A stretch of 64,000 nucleotides of DNA from NCBI GenBank assembly GCA_964291415.2, contig OZ219918.1, forward strand, positions 960,001 through 1,024,000. The letters run 5' to 3'. This stretch comes from Alphaproteobacteria bacterium. GTDB lineage: Bacteria; Pseudomonadota; Alphaproteobacteria; SP197. The notes under the pieces were generated by a model. The model worked only from the letters and a program-made list of their open reading frames with translations. It did not search any database and was not told the origin of the DNA. A program made the position numbers and the translations under genes. How positions within the stretch are numbered: the first letter of the stretch is position 1; every line of letters begins with the position of its first letter. Positions 37,695 to 47,572 of this stretch are shown here, in pieces.

Positions 37695-39715
37695 GCGGCC
37701 TCGAGATGCTGCTTGCGGGCCTCGACGATCTGATCGGCCTCGCGCCCGGTCAGCTCCTGGAGATGATCGAACGTCATGTCGAAGTATCCCACGCCCTGTG
37801 TCAGTGAACGCAGTTCGCTGATCAGCGTGAGGGTCTCGCCCTGGGGCATGTGCGCGGTGACGGTATCCCATTCCTTCCAGCCTTCGCGTGCCTCGAAGCC
37901 GAGAATCTGGCCACGCCGTCCGGTGACCAGCTGCTGGACACGCGCGGTGGCCGAATTGGGTGCATGGATTCTCACGTTCATGATCGGTTCGAGGAGCACC
38001 GGGCTGCAGGTTGGCATGCCTTCGCTCATGGCCACGCGCGCCGCCAGCTTGAAGGCCATTTCGTTGGAATCGACGTCATGGTACTTGCCGTCGAAGACCT
38101 CCACGGCGATGTCGACCACGGGAAAGCCGAGCGGACCCTGGAGCAGATACTCCTTCACCCCGGCCTCGACGGCGGGGATGTACTGCCTCGGAATGTTGCC
38201 GCCGGTCACCGAATTGGTGAAGTCGAAGCCGGAGCCCCTGGCCAGCGGGCGAATGTTGATGTGAACGTCGCCGAACATGCCGCTGCCGCCGGTCTGGCGC
38301 TTGAAGCGACCGTGCTGGGTGGTCGGTTTTCGAATGGCCTCCCTGTAGGGCACCATGGGCTGCCCGGATGTCACCTCGACCCCGTAGCGTCCCGACAGCT
38401 TCGAAAAGGCCGTCTGCAGGTGCATGTCACCCTGGCCCCAGAGCACCAGCTGGTTGAGGTCCGAGTCCTGTTCGGGCTCGATGGAGGGATCCTCCTCATG
38501 AATGCGATGGAGTGCCGTGGCCATCTTCACCTCGTCCTCACGGCGCGCCGCATGGATCGCGAGGCCGTAGAGGCGTGGCAGAGCCTCGGCGCGTGGCCAG
38601 GCGGCATCCTCGTCGGGTGCGGCATTGCCCATCACCAGGGTGTCCCCGGTGTGCGCTCCCTCGAGGCGGCCGAAGGCAACGATATCACCGGCCCCGGCAC
38701 GGTCGATCTTGACGTTCTGGCTGCCCTGGAGGTGGTACATGCCGCCTATGCGGTTGCCGTTGACCGTCTCGCCGTCCTTGACCTCGCCACGCCAGATGCG
38801 GGCCAGCGACAGCTTGCCGCCGTGCTGGGTGTTGTAGGTCTTGAGCACCTGGGCTGCGAAGGCACCTTCGCCGCCACGCCGTTCGGCGGCGCGGCCGGGA
38901 TCGGGAGCCCAGTGGCGGAGTTCCTGGAGCAGGCGGCGGACACCGTTCTCGAGTTCCGCGGAGCCGAGCAGGACGGGCACCACCTGCGCCTCGGCGAAGG
39001 CTCCGCTGAGTTCGCTGATCACCTCTTCCTGGGTCGGCACCTCGTCCTCGAGAATCTGCATCATCAGGTCGTCGCTGAAATCGGCGAGGGCCTCCAGCAT
39101 CATGTTGCGGGCTTCGTCCTCCCGTTCCAAGACGCCGTCCGGCATCTCGATGGCCTCGGAGGCGCCGCCCTCATGGTAGCGCCAGGCCGACTCGCTGATC
39201 AGGTCCACATAGCCGGTGACGTGGTCGTCGTCGCGGACAGGCACCTGGGTGATCAGCAGTGGCGTCCCCGAGACGTCCTGCATGGCAGGCAGGAGTTCGC
39301 GCATCAGGGTGGTGGTGCGGTCCATCTTGTTGATGAACACGAGATGGGGAATCCGGTTGTGTTCGAGGAAGCGGAAGATCGGTGCCAGGGTCGTTGCCCG
39401 TTCGACGACCGGCTCATAGACCACCACCGCAGCGTCGGCACCGATCAGCGCGTTGCGCGCCTCGGCCTGGAACTCGATGGAGCCGGGGCAGTCGAGAAAG
39501 TTGAAGTGGAGCCCCTCGAAGGTGGCATGGCCGGCACTGACCTCCGTGCTCATGTTGCGCTGACGCGCCTCCGGCGCCGAATCGCCGACGGAGTTCCCGT
39601 CCTTCACGGAACCCTTGCGGCCGATGGCGCCGCAGATGTAGAGCATGGCCTCGAGGAGAGTCGTCTTTCCGCTGAGTGATGGGCCGACGATGGCGATGTT
39701 TCTGATGTCTGGCAT
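37691..39715 (-). CDS. Elongation factor G paralog (EF-G2-type)
   Basis: RNIAIVGPSLSGKTT, DCPG, NKMD, VPYREAI, KRQTGGSGMFGDV, LLEPI. Confidence 0.92.
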   Translation of the reverse strand: MPDIRNIAIVGPSLSGKTTLLEAMLYICGAIGRKGSVKDGNSVGDSAPEARQRNMSTEVSAGHATFEGLHFNFLDCPGSIEFQAEARNALIGADAAVVVYEPVVERATTLAPIFRFLEHNRIPHLVFINKMDRTTTLMRELLPAMQDVSGTPLLITQVPVRDDDHVTGYVDLISESAWRYHEGGASEAIEMPDGVLEREDEARNMMLEALADFSDDLMMQILEDEVPTQEEVISELSGAFAEAQVVPVLLGSAELENGVRRLLQELRHWAPDPGRAAERRGGEGAFAAQVLKTYNTQHGGKLSLARIWRGEVKDGETVNGNRIGGMYHLQGSQNVKIDRAGAGDIVAFGRLEGAHTGDTLVMGNAAPDEDAAWPRAEALPRLYGLAIHAARREDEVKMATALHRIHEEDPSIEPEQDSDLNQLVLWGQGDMHLQTAFSKLSGRYGVEVTSGQPMVPYREAIRKPTTQHGRFKRQTGGSGMFGDVHINIRPLARGSGFDFTNSVTGGNIPRQYIPAVEAGVKEYLLQGPLGFPVVDIAVEVFDGKYHDVDSNEMAFKLAARVAMSEGMPTCSPVLLEPIMNVRIHAPNSATARVQQLVTGRRGQILGFEAREGWKEWDTVTAHMPQGETLTLISELRSLTQGVGYFDMTFDHLQELTGREADQIVEARKQHLEAA

Positions 39716-39778
39716 GATTGTCTCACAGGCTGCGCGTCTGGCACGGTGTGAACCTAGTGTGACGCGCCGGACCCTGCA

Positions 39779-40510
39779 ATGCCCGGCAGCATGACGGTGC
39801 GGCACCGCCCCTCTCCCAACGCCAACGACCGGCGGACGGCCGTCTCCATGCTCGTCCTCCACTACACCGGAATGCAGGATGCCGCTGTGGCCCTTGAGCG
39901 CCTCGTCGATCCCTCGTCGGGTGTCAGTGCCCATTGGCTTGTCGACGAGGATGGCGACGTCACCTCGCTGGTTCCCGAAACGCGGCGGGCCTGGCATGCC
40001 GGTGCGGCGTGCTGGCAGGGGATCCGCGACGTCAACAGCGCTTCGGTGGGCATCGAGATCGTCAATCCCGGCCACGCCGGAGGGTTGTCGCCGTTCCCCG
40101 CGCGCCAGATGGATGCCGTGGCAGAACTGTCCCGTGATGTCCTCGCACGGCATGGTATCCGCCAGCGCCATGTCCTGGGGCACAGTGATGTCGCACCGCT
40201 GCGCAAGCAGGACCCCGGAGAGCTCTTTGACTGGCGCTGGCTGGCGAACCAGGGCGTCGGGTTGTGGCCGCCGCCGCAGCCACCGGCTGCAATGACCCTG
40301 AGCGAGGGGCACAGCGGCTGTGCCGTCCTGCACCTGCAGGAGGGCCTGGCCAGTTTCGGATACGCCGTCGCGGCGGATGGCGTCTACGGCGCCGAGACGG
40401 CTGCCGTCGTCACCGCCTTTCAGCGCCATTTTCGCCCGGCGCGGGTGGATGGCGTGGCGGATGGCGAGACCGTGGCCCGTCTCTCGGCGCTGATTGACGC
40501 GGCACATTGA
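39779..40510 (+). CDS. N-acetylmuramoyl-L-alanine amidase (Amidase_2 plus PG-binding domain)
   Basis: VLHYTGM, RAWHAG, SVGIEIVNPG, GHSDVAP.RKQDPG, AFQRHFRP. Confidence 0.92.
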   Translation: MPGSMTVRHRPSPNANDRRTAVSMLVLHYTGMQDAAVALERLVDPSSGVSAHWLVDEDGDVTSLVPETRRAWHAGAACWQGIRDVNSASVGIEIVNPGHAGGLSPFPARQMDAVAELSRDVLARHGIRQRHVLGHSDVAPLRKQDPGELFDWRWLANQGVGLWPPPQPPAAMTLSEGHSGCAVLHLQEGLASFGYAVAADGVYGAETAAVVTAFQRHFRPARVDGVADGETVARLSALIDAAH

Positions 40511-40535
40511 CCGTGCGCTGGCGGCGCGCTATCTC
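40507..40535 (+). promoter_or_regulatory. Putative rnpB promoter TTGACC-17-TATCTC
   Basis: Correct spacing; about 8 bp before the RNA start. Confidence 0.5.
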
Positions 40536-40543
40536 TTTGAACC

Positions 40544-40945
40544 GGGAATCAGGCGGACGGATGGCCGCTCTTTCCGTTTCGGAAAGGGAGGAAAGTCCGG
40601 GCTCCACGGAAACATGGCGCCGGGTAACGCCCGGCGGGGGTGACCCCAGGGAAAGTGCCACAGAGAGCAGACCGCCACCGGCCGCAGCGCCGGCGGCAAG
40701 GGTGAAAGGGTGCGGCAAGAGCGCACCGCGGCTGCGGCAACGCAGACGGCATGGCAAACCCCGCCAGGAGCAAGATCGAGTAGAGGCGGCACGTGGTTCC
40801 ACGAGGCCCGTTTCCGGACCCCGCCGCCCGGGTTGATCGCGCGAGGCGCGCGGCGACGCGCGTCCCAGATGAATGGCCATCGGCCGCCTTCGGCATCTTG
40901 ACGGGGGCGGGCCACAGAACCCGGCTTACAGTCCGCCTGGTTCCC
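40544..40945 (+). ncRNA. rnpB: RNase P RNA, class A
   Basis: GAGGAAAGTCCGGGCTCC, GAAAGTGCCACAGA, ACAGAACCCGGCTTA; complementary ends GGGAATCAGGCGGAC / GTCCGCCTGGTTCCC. Confidence 0.97.
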
Positions 40946-41032
40946 GCTTGCGACGAGCGGCCATCGGCCGCGGAGTCCCTGTCGTCTTCCTTGTGGCCAG
41001 ACACCGATTCCCAACTCCGAAAAACGAAGATT

Positions 41033-41156
41033 CTATCCACCGGCCGGGTGGAAAACACTGTGGACAGTCAGAATGGTGCGGGACACGTTACAAGATGGTG
41101 TAATGCTGTGACAGAAAACTACAACATATTGACAAATTCAAAATTCAAAGTAGACT
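41033..41156 (+). promoter_or_regulatory. dcw promoter region: three DnaA-like boxes, two NrdR-like boxes, TTGACA-16-TAGACT
   Basis: ctatccacc, ggtggaaaa, tgtggacag; acaagatggtg (41090) and acaacatattg (41121); -35 at 41129, -10 at 41151. Confidence 0.55.
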
Positions 41157-41190
41157 GCTCAAAATACTGATTCCCTGCGACTTCTTCGTT

Positions 41191-41230
41191 GACTCCCCAA
41201 GGATTTCCAAGTATTCCCAAAGAATCCCAA
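41191..41230. repeat. Four 10-bp-period CCAA/CCCAA repeats upstream of mraZ; MraZ-type operator
   Basis: gactccccaa ggatttccaa gtattcccaa agaatcccaa. Confidence 0.7.
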
Positions 41231-41261
41231 GGTGGAAGGCGGCGAAAGCGGTCAAGCGGGA

Positions 41262-41744
41262 ATGGCACGGAGTCCAGGTGCGTTACCGAGGATCTACTCG
41301 GGAACGCACACCAAGACAATCGACGCCAAGGGGCGAGTTTCCGTCCCGCCGGACTTTCGCGCCCGTTTCGCCAGCCCCGAACTTGGTCTCTACGTCATGC
41401 GGTCCGTCTCGGGAGAAAGGGCACTCGATGCCTTCGAACCGGCGGAGTTCTCCCGTTTCGTCTCCAACTCCGAACAGGTGTTCTCCAGCGAGGCGATGGA
41501 CAATGCCTTCGCCATCTTCGGCTCGGCGCTCAACCTGCGCCTCGATCGGGAAGGGCGGATCGTGCTTCCCGCCGAATTCAGGGAGTACGCCGACATCGAC
41601 GCCGAGGCATGTTTCATTGGCCTGGGGCGCCATATCCAGATCTGGGAACCCGTGCGGGGCATGGCCAGGCAGGACGAGGCGTTCAGGAACGCCGTCCGCA
41701 AGCGCGAGACCATCAGTCTGCCGCTGGCCGGGCAGAGGGATTGA
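41262..41744 (+). CDS. mraZ: Division/cell wall cluster regulator MraZ
   Basis: IDAKGRVSVP, LDREGRIVLP, FIGLG.HIQIWEP. Confidence 0.9.
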   Translation: MARSPGALPRIYSGTHTKTIDAKGRVSVPPDFRARFASPELGLYVMRSVSGERALDAFEPAEFSRFVSNSEQVFSSEAMDNAFAIFGSALNLRLDREGRIVLPAEFREYADIDAEACFIGLGRHIQIWEPVRGMARQDEAFRNAVRKRETISLPLAGQRD

Positions 41745-41750
41745 GGCGTC

Positions 41751-42701
41751 ATGAGCGCGAACCACATCCCTGTCCTGCTCGACACGGCGCTTGCCTGTCT
41801 GCATCCGGTCGACGGCGAGATCATCGTCGATGCGACCCTTGGCGCCGGCGGCTACGCGGCAGCGCTCCTCGACACAGCGTCCTGCCGGGTCATTGCCCTC
41901 GACAGGGATCCCGTGGCGGTGCGCGAGGGTCACAGGCTGGCGCGCCGCTATGGCGGTCGGCTCACCGTCTTTGAGCGGCGTTTTTCCGAACTCGACGCCC
42001 TTGTCCGCGACGAGGTGGGAGGGCCCGTCGACGGCGCCGTCTTCGATCTCGGTGTCTCGTCGACGCAGATCGACGATGCCGGACGCGGTTTTTCCTTCCG
42101 CCTCGACGGTCCCCTCGATATGCGCATGGGCGCCACGGGACCGACCGCTGCCGATGCGGTCAACACGCTCGACGAGGACGGTCTTCACCGGATTATCGGC
42201 GAGTTCGGGGAAGAACGCCGGGCACGGGCCGTGGCGCGGGCGATCGTCAGGGCGCGTGCCGCATCGCCGATCACGCGGACCGGTGAACTTGCCGATATCG
42301 TGCGCCGCACCGTGCGGCAGCCTCCCGGAGGGATCGACCCCGCCACCCGGACATTCCAGGGCCTGCGTATCTGGGTCAACCAGGAGCTGCGGGAGATCGA
42401 GGAAGGTCTCCTGGCCGCCGAAGCCGTCCTGCGGGAAGGTGGACGCCTCGTGGTTGTCGCCTTCCACTCCCTGGAGGACCGGATCGTCAAGCGGTTCCTG
42501 CGACAGCGCAGTGGCCGCGGCGCCCGTCCGGGACGCCATCAACCTCCTGCCGGCGAAGCGCCGGAGCCGACATTCCGTCTCGTGACGACGCGCCCGGTGC
42601 GTCCCTCGGCCGCCGAGACCGGGGCCAATCCACGGGCCCGGTCGGCACGTCTGCGCCATGCGGTGAGGACATCGGCGCCATCCTGGGAGTTGGCCGCATG
42701 A
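41751..42701 (+). CDS. rsmH: 16S rRNA C1402 methyltransferase RsmH
   Basis: HIPVLL, DATLGAGG, DLGVSS, FHSLEDR, NPRARSARLR. Confidence 0.96.
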   Translation: MSANHIPVLLDTALACLHPVDGEIIVDATLGAGGYAAALLDTASCRVIALDRDPVAVREGHRLARRYGGRLTVFERRFSELDALVRDEVGGPVDGAVFDLGVSSTQIDDAGRGFSFRLDGPLDMRMGATGPTAADAVNTLDEDGLHRIIGEFGEERRARAVARAIVRARAASPITRTGELADIVRRTVRQPPGGIDPATRTFQGLRIWVNQELREIEEGLLAAEAVLREGGRLVVVAFHSLEDRIVKRFLRQRSGRGARPGRHQPPAGEAPEPTFRLVTTRPVRPSAAETGANPRARSARLRHAVRTSAPSWELAA

Positions 42702-43036
42702 CCGCGCGCGGCGGATGGCTGTGGATGATCGGGGCGCTTGTCGCGGCGCTCATTGCCTTTTCCCAGCACCAACACGCCAGGGACCTCAGGCACGAACTGG
42801 AAGCGCTGGAGGACGATCTCGCCGAACGGCGCGAGAACGTCAGGGTGCTCGCCGCCGAGTGGAGCTATCTCAGCCGGCCTGAACGCATCAAGGATCTCGC
42901 GAACCGCCATCTTGCGGAACTTGTGCCGGTTTCCGTGCATCAGCTTTCTCCGGTGTCCGGCATACCGCTGGCGCCGCCCCCGATCACCATCGGCACCACC
43001 TGGGACAAGTCAGCCGCCGGGGAGGAGGGATTGTGA
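42698..43036 (+). CDS. ftsL: Cell division protein FtsL-like
   Basis: TM plus coiled coil, VLAAEWSYLSRPERI; position in dcw. Confidence 0.8.
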   Translation: MTARGGWLWMIGALVAALIAFSQHQHARDLRHELEALEDDLAERRENVRVLAAEWSYLSRPERIKDLANRHLAELVPVSVHQLSPVSGIPLAPPPITIGTTWDKSAAGEEGL

Positions 43037-44730
43037 CCGGTCAGGCAGATCACGGAGCGCCGCTGGTTCTGGAAGGTGCCAGCAAGCAGGCGGTGGGATT
43101 GTGCAAGCAACGCCTGATGGTGGTGGCGATGTGCATTCTGACTGCCTTCGTCGTCATTGGAGGGCGTCTCGTCGACGTCATGGGTGTGACGCCGGTGGAG
43201 GCAGGGCTGGTGGCGGAGGCGACGGCGCCGAAGGAGCGGGCCAACATTGTTGACCGCAACGGCGTTCTGCTGGCCTCTAGCCTGTCGGTCGCCTCGCTCT
43301 ATGTCGATCCGGCCGAGGTCACGGATCCGCAGGCAACGGCGACAGCGCTTCTCCAGGTTTTCCCGGACATGGACCGCGACCATCTCCTGGGATTGCTGAC
43401 GAGCAGCAGGCGGTTCGAATGGATCCGCCGCAAGCTCGAACCGAGCGTGCAGGAGGCGGTGCGCGATCTCTACCAGCCGGGTCTCGACTTTGCCGCCGAG
43501 GAGCGGCGCATCTGGCCCCAGGGGCCGCTGACGTCCCACGTGGTCGGGTATACGGATATCGACGGCCGGGGCCTGGCGGGAATCGAACAGGCGTTCGATG
43601 AGCGTCTGCTTGCCGATAGCGGGGGCGACGTCACGCTGTCCCTCGATGTCCGCGTCCAGCAGATGGTTCGCGACGAACTCCTGCGCGCCGTCGAAACGTT
43701 CTCGGCCAAGGGTGGAACCGCCCTGGTCATGGATGTTCACAGCGCAGAGATCCTTGCCATGGTGTCCCTGCCGGACTTCGATCCGGCCAATCCGGCAGCC
43801 AGCGACCCCGTCAGCCGGTTCAATCGGGCGACGCTGGGCGCCTACGAACTGGGGTCCATTTTCAAGACCTTCACGGCCGCCATGGCCTACGAGGCAGGCG
43901 TTGCCCGGCTCGGCGACTCGTTCGATGCGTCGCAGCCCATCACGGCCGGTCGTTTCACGATCACCGACTACAAGCCGCAGAACCGCTGGCTGACCTTGCC
44001 GGAGATCATGGTGCACTCCTCCAACATCGGCGCGGCGCGCCTGGCGCTGGCGGTGGGGAGCGACTATCAGAAGGCGTTCCTCGAGCGTGTCGGCCTGCTC
44101 ACCCGGTCCGCGATTGAAGTGCCCGAGGTCGGGCGCCCGCTCTATCCCTCGAGGTGGGGCACGCTCAGCACCATCACCATCGGTTTCGGCCACGGCATTG
44201 CCGTATCGCCGGTACAGGTTGCCGCGGCCGTGGCCGCCATGGTCAACGGTGGCCTGTTCCGTCAGCCGACCCTCCTCAAACGGCAGGGCGAACCGGACCC
44301 CGGCCACAGGGTAATCGCCGAGAAGACATCGGAAACGGTGCGCATGCTGACCCATCTCGTGGCTCGCTTCGGCAGTGGCCGCAAGGCCCAGGTCGACGGC
44401 TATCTCATCGGCGGCAAGACGGGCACGGCCGAACAGCCGGGCGAATCGCGCCGCTACGACAGGAGAAAGCTGATCTCGTCATTCGTCGCCGCCTTCCCGA
44501 TCAATGATCCGCAGTACGTGGTGCTCCTTTCCGTCGACGAACCGAAGGGAACCGAGGACACCTTCGGCTACGCCACGGCCGGCTGGACCGCCGCTCCTGC
44601 GGTCGGAAACATCATTGCGCGCCTCGGTCCCATGCAGGGGGTCCTCCCGGATGGCGGAGTCTTTGTCGGCCTGCCGGAGGCTGACGGCGACCCGGAGGAG
44701 CAGCTGGAGATGATCGTTGCGTCTTTCTGA
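43033..44730 (+). CDS. ftsI: Penicillin-binding protein 3 (FtsI)
   Basis: IVDRNG, GSIFK, SSN, KTGTA. Confidence 0.94.
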   Translation: MTGQADHGAPLVLEGASKQAVGLCKQRLMVVAMCILTAFVVIGGRLVDVMGVTPVEAGLVAEATAPKERANIVDRNGVLLASSLSVASLYVDPAEVTDPQATATALLQVFPDMDRDHLLGLLTSSRRFEWIRRKLEPSVQEAVRDLYQPGLDFAAEERRIWPQGPLTSHVVGYTDIDGRGLAGIEQAFDERLLADSGGDVTLSLDVRVQQMVRDELLRAVETFSAKGGTALVMDVHSAEILAMVSLPDFDPANPAASDPVSRFNRATLGAYELGSIFKTFTAAMAYEAGVARLGDSFDASQPITAGRFTITDYKPQNRWLTLPEIMVHSSNIGAARLALAVGSDYQKAFLERVGLLTRSAIEVPEVGRPLYPSRWGTLSTITIGFGHGIAVSPVQVAAAVAAMVNGGLFRQPTLLKRQGEPDPGHRVIAEKTSETVRMLTHLVARFGSGRKAQVDGYLIGGKTGTAEQPGESRRYDRRKLISSFVAAFPINDPQYVVLLSVDEPKGTEDTFGYATAGWTAAPAVGNIIARLGPMQGVLPDGGVFVGLPEADGDPEEQLEMIVASF

Positions 44731-46177
44731 CCTCATCGAAGGCCTGCCTGCGCGCCATCGTCACCGGATGCCCGACATCGACATTTCCGGTCTTGCGTCC
44801 GATTCGAGACAGGTCCGCCAGGGACATCTCTTCGCGGCCTTCAGGGGCAGCCGAACCGATGGCCGGTGTTTCATTGCCGACGCCCTCGATCGCGGCGCGG
44901 TTGCGGTTCTCGCCGTGGACGATGCCGGGATGCCGGCGCTCGAAGGAAGGGCGGCCGTCGTGGCTGCCGCCGATCCGCGCCACGTCTTCGCTCGCATGTG
45001 CGCCCGTTTCCACGCACCGCCGCCCGACGTTGTCGTGGCGGTGACCGGGACCAACGGCAAGAGTTCGGTGGTCGACTTCTGCCGCCAGTTCTGGTCTGTC
45101 CTGGGTGTCCGGGCCGCCTCCTTCGGTACACTCGGCATGGTGACGCCTGAAGGCATTCAGGGTCTCGGACACACCACCCCCGATCCTGCCGGCCTGCATG
45201 CCTGCCTTGGCCGCCTGCGCGACCGCAACATCGATCGCGTCGCCCTCGAGGCGTCAAGCCACGGCCTCCACCAGCGACGCCTTGACGGTCTTCGAGTCGA
45301 TGCGGCGGCCTTTACCAGCTTCAGCCGGGACCATCTCGACTACCACGTCACCGCCGAATCCTATCTGGAGGCAAAACTGCATCTCTTCGACCTGTTGCGG
45401 GAAGGCGCCACGGCCGTTGTCAACGCCGACATGGCTGAATACGGGGCCGTGGCCGACCGGTTGGGGAACCGGGCCATCGTGTCGTTCGGCGAGACGCCGG
45501 GCGACATCACCCTCGAGAGCCTGGCGGACACCGGGAACGGCCATCAGGTCCTCGAGGTCAGGGCGGCTGGCGTCACCCGCACCGTCATGCTGCCGCTCGC
45601 CGGGCGCTTCCAGGCCATGAATGTCCTGTGTGCCGCGGCCCTGGTTGCCGCTGTCGAGGATCAACCGGTACACGACATCCTTGCCCTCGCAGGTCATCTG
45701 GACTGTGTTCCGGGGCGCCTCGAAATGGTTCCCGGCCATCCGGCCGGTGCCCGGGTCTACGTCGACTACGCGCACACGCCCGATGCCCTTGCCACGGTGC
45801 TCGCCGGCCTGCGCGGCACGACCGAGGGGCGCCTGGCCGTGGTCTTCGGCTGCGGCGGTGACCGCGACCGTGAAAAGCGGCCGCAGATGGGCGCCATCGC
45901 CGCGCGTCTCGCCGACGACGTCTGCGTGACCGACGACAATCCTCGCAGCGAGGATGCGGCCTTGATCCGGCGCGCCATTCTCGCGGCGGCGCCCGGGGCG
46001 CGAGAGAGCGGAGATCGCCGCGAAGCCATCCAGAGCGCCGTGGCCTCGCTGGGTGGCAACGATGTGCTGGTTGTGGCCGGCAAGGGACACGAGAGGGGGC
46101 AGGTCGTGAACGGCGATGTCCTTCCCTTTGACGACCGCGAGGAGGTGAGACGCGCCTTCCGGCGAGGTGGATCATGA
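44717..46177 (+). CDS. murE: UDP-MurNAc-tripeptide synthetase
   Basis: TGTNGKSS, EASSHG, DYAHTPD, DNPR. Confidence 0.95.
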   Translation: MRLSDLIEGLPARHRHRMPDIDISGLASDSRQVRQGHLFAAFRGSRTDGRCFIADALDRGAVAVLAVDDAGMPALEGRAAVVAAADPRHVFARMCARFHAPPPDVVVAVTGTNGKSSVVDFCRQFWSVLGVRAASFGTLGMVTPEGIQGLGHTTPDPAGLHACLGRLRDRNIDRVALEASSHGLHQRRLDGLRVDAAAFTSFSRDHLDYHVTAESYLEAKLHLFDLLREGATAVVNADMAEYGAVADRLGNRAIVSFGETPGDITLESLADTGNGHQVLEVRAAGVTRTVMLPLAGRFQAMNVLCAAALVAAVEDQPVHDILALAGHLDCVPGRLEMVPGHPAGARVYVDYAHTPDALATVLAGLRGTTEGRLAVVFGCGGDRDREKRPQMGAIAARLADDVCVTDDNPRSEDAALIRRAILAAAPGARESGDRREAIQSAVASLGGNDVLVVAGKGHERGQVVNGDVLPFDDREEVRRAFRRGGS

Positions 46178-47568
46178 GCCGCGACAGACTGTGGACCGAC
46201 AAGAGCGCCTCGCGGGCGACCGGAGGGCGCCCCACCATGCCCTTCGAGGCGGATGGTGTTGCCTTCGACAGCCGGGAGGTGTGCCGGAGCGATCTCTTCG
46301 TGGCGCTGCCCGGGAGCGTCACGGACGGTCACCGCCATGTCGGGCACGCCTTCGAAAACGGTGCGGCGGCGGCCATGGTCAATCACGAGCCTGCAGGCGT
46401 GCCCGCCGCGTCGCCGCTGCTGCTCGTCGTCGACACCTTCCAGGGGTTGCAGGACCTTGCCAGGGCGGCACGGCAGCGGACATCGGCACGGATCGCGGCG
46501 GTGACGGGAAGTGTCGGCAAGACGGGAACCAAGGACATGATGCACCGGGTGCTGGCGCACCAGGGCCTCGCCCACGCCAGCGACCGCAGCCACAACAACC
46601 AGGTCGGCACGCCTTTGTCCCTGGCGCGCATGCCGCAGGCTGCGGACTACGGCGTTTTCGAGATCGGTACCAATGCACCAGGCGAGATCCGGCCCCTTGC
46701 CCTCATGGTTCGCCCTCATGTGGCGCTCGTGACCACGATCGAACCCGTGCACATCGGCAACTTCGCAAGCGAGGAGGCACTCGTCGAGGAGAAGGCCGCA
46801 ATCTTCGACGGTCTCGACGAAGACGGCGTGGCGATCATCAATGCCGACAACCGCCATGCGGCGGCCCTCGAGGATCATGCGGCTCGGCGCGGGGTGGCGG
46901 TCGTCCGCTTCGGTTGCTCGCCGCAGGCAGATTTCAGTCTCGTGCGCTGGACGCCGGTGGCGACCGGATCCCGGGTGAGAGTGGCGGTGGCGGACAGGGA
47001 GTTCGACTACGAACTCTCCCTTCATGGACGCCACCTGGCGCTCAACAGCGTTGCCGTGCTGGCCGCTGTCGAGGCTCTGGGCGGAGACATCGGCGAAGCG
47101 GCAGCGTCGCTGGCCGCCATCCTTCCCCTGCCCGGGCGCGGCGCCCGACGCACCATCGCGCTTCCCGGTGGCCGGGCCGTCATCATCGACGAAACCTACA
47201 ATGCGAGCCCGGTGGCCGTGCGTGCCGCTCTCGACGTGCTGGCCCGCACGCCGACGGATCCGGGAGGCCGGCGCATCGCGGTTCTCGGCGACATGGCAGA
47301 GCTTGGTGAGGGTGCCGCCTTCCACCACGCCGGCCTTGCCGACATGGCCGGCGCGGTGGCGGACCAGGTCTATACCGTCGGTCCCCTCATGAGCCATCTC
47401 ATGGATGCCCTGCCACCTGCCTGCCGGGGCGGGTCGGCCTGCGATTCACGAACCATGGCGACGCTTCTCGCCGACTGCCTGCTGCCGGGTGACGTGGTGC
47501 TCGTCAAGGGATCGCGGCGCATGGGTCTCGAGTCCGTGGTTGAAGCGTTCGTGGGAAGGGGAGGCTAG
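46174..47568 (+). CDS. murF: UDP-MurNAc-pentapeptide synthetase
   Basis: [27 protein letters not shown]. Confidence 0.95.
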   Translation: MSRDRLWTDKSASRATGGRPTMPFEADGVAFDSREVCRSDLFVALPGSVTDGHRHVGHAFENGAAAAMVNHEPAGVPAASPLLLVVDTFQGLQDLARAARQRTSARIAAVTGSVGKTGTKDMMHRVLAHQGLAHASDRSHNNQVGTPLSLARMPQAADYGVFEIGTNAPGEIRPLALMVRPHVALVTTIEPVHIGNFASEEALVEEKAAIFDGLDEDGVAIINADNRHAAALEDHAARRGVAVVRFGCSPQADFSLVRWTPVATGSRVRVAVADREFDYELSLHGRHLALNSVAVLAAVEALGGDIGEAAASLAAILPLPGRGARRTIALPGGRAVIIDETYNASPVAVRAALDVLARTPTDPGGRRIAVLGDMAELGEGAAFHHAGLADMAGAVADQVYTVGPLMSHLMDALPPACRGGSACDSRTMATLLADCLLPGDVVLVKGSRRMGLESVVEAFVGRGG

Positions 47569-47572
47569 ATCG

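Noticed and set aside
32058-39679. Long plus-strand ORFs (810, 669 and 609 aa)
   Set aside because: Antisense shadows of uvrC, fhs and EF-G2, typical of high-GC DNA; no recognisable motifs
37691-40507. 938-aa EF-G with a large N-terminal extension (likewise 771-aa MurC, 631-aa FtsZ, 490-aa ATPase)
   Set aside because: Extensions overlap other genes or non-coding DNA and lack domain features; true starts are downstream
41033-41170. Chromosomal replication origin
   Set aside because: Only three imperfect DnaA boxes and a short AT-rich patch; no dnaA, hemE or parAB context
41191-41230. CRISPR-like or iteron array
   Set aside because: 10-bp period with no spacers and no cas or rep genes; better explained as a MraZ operator
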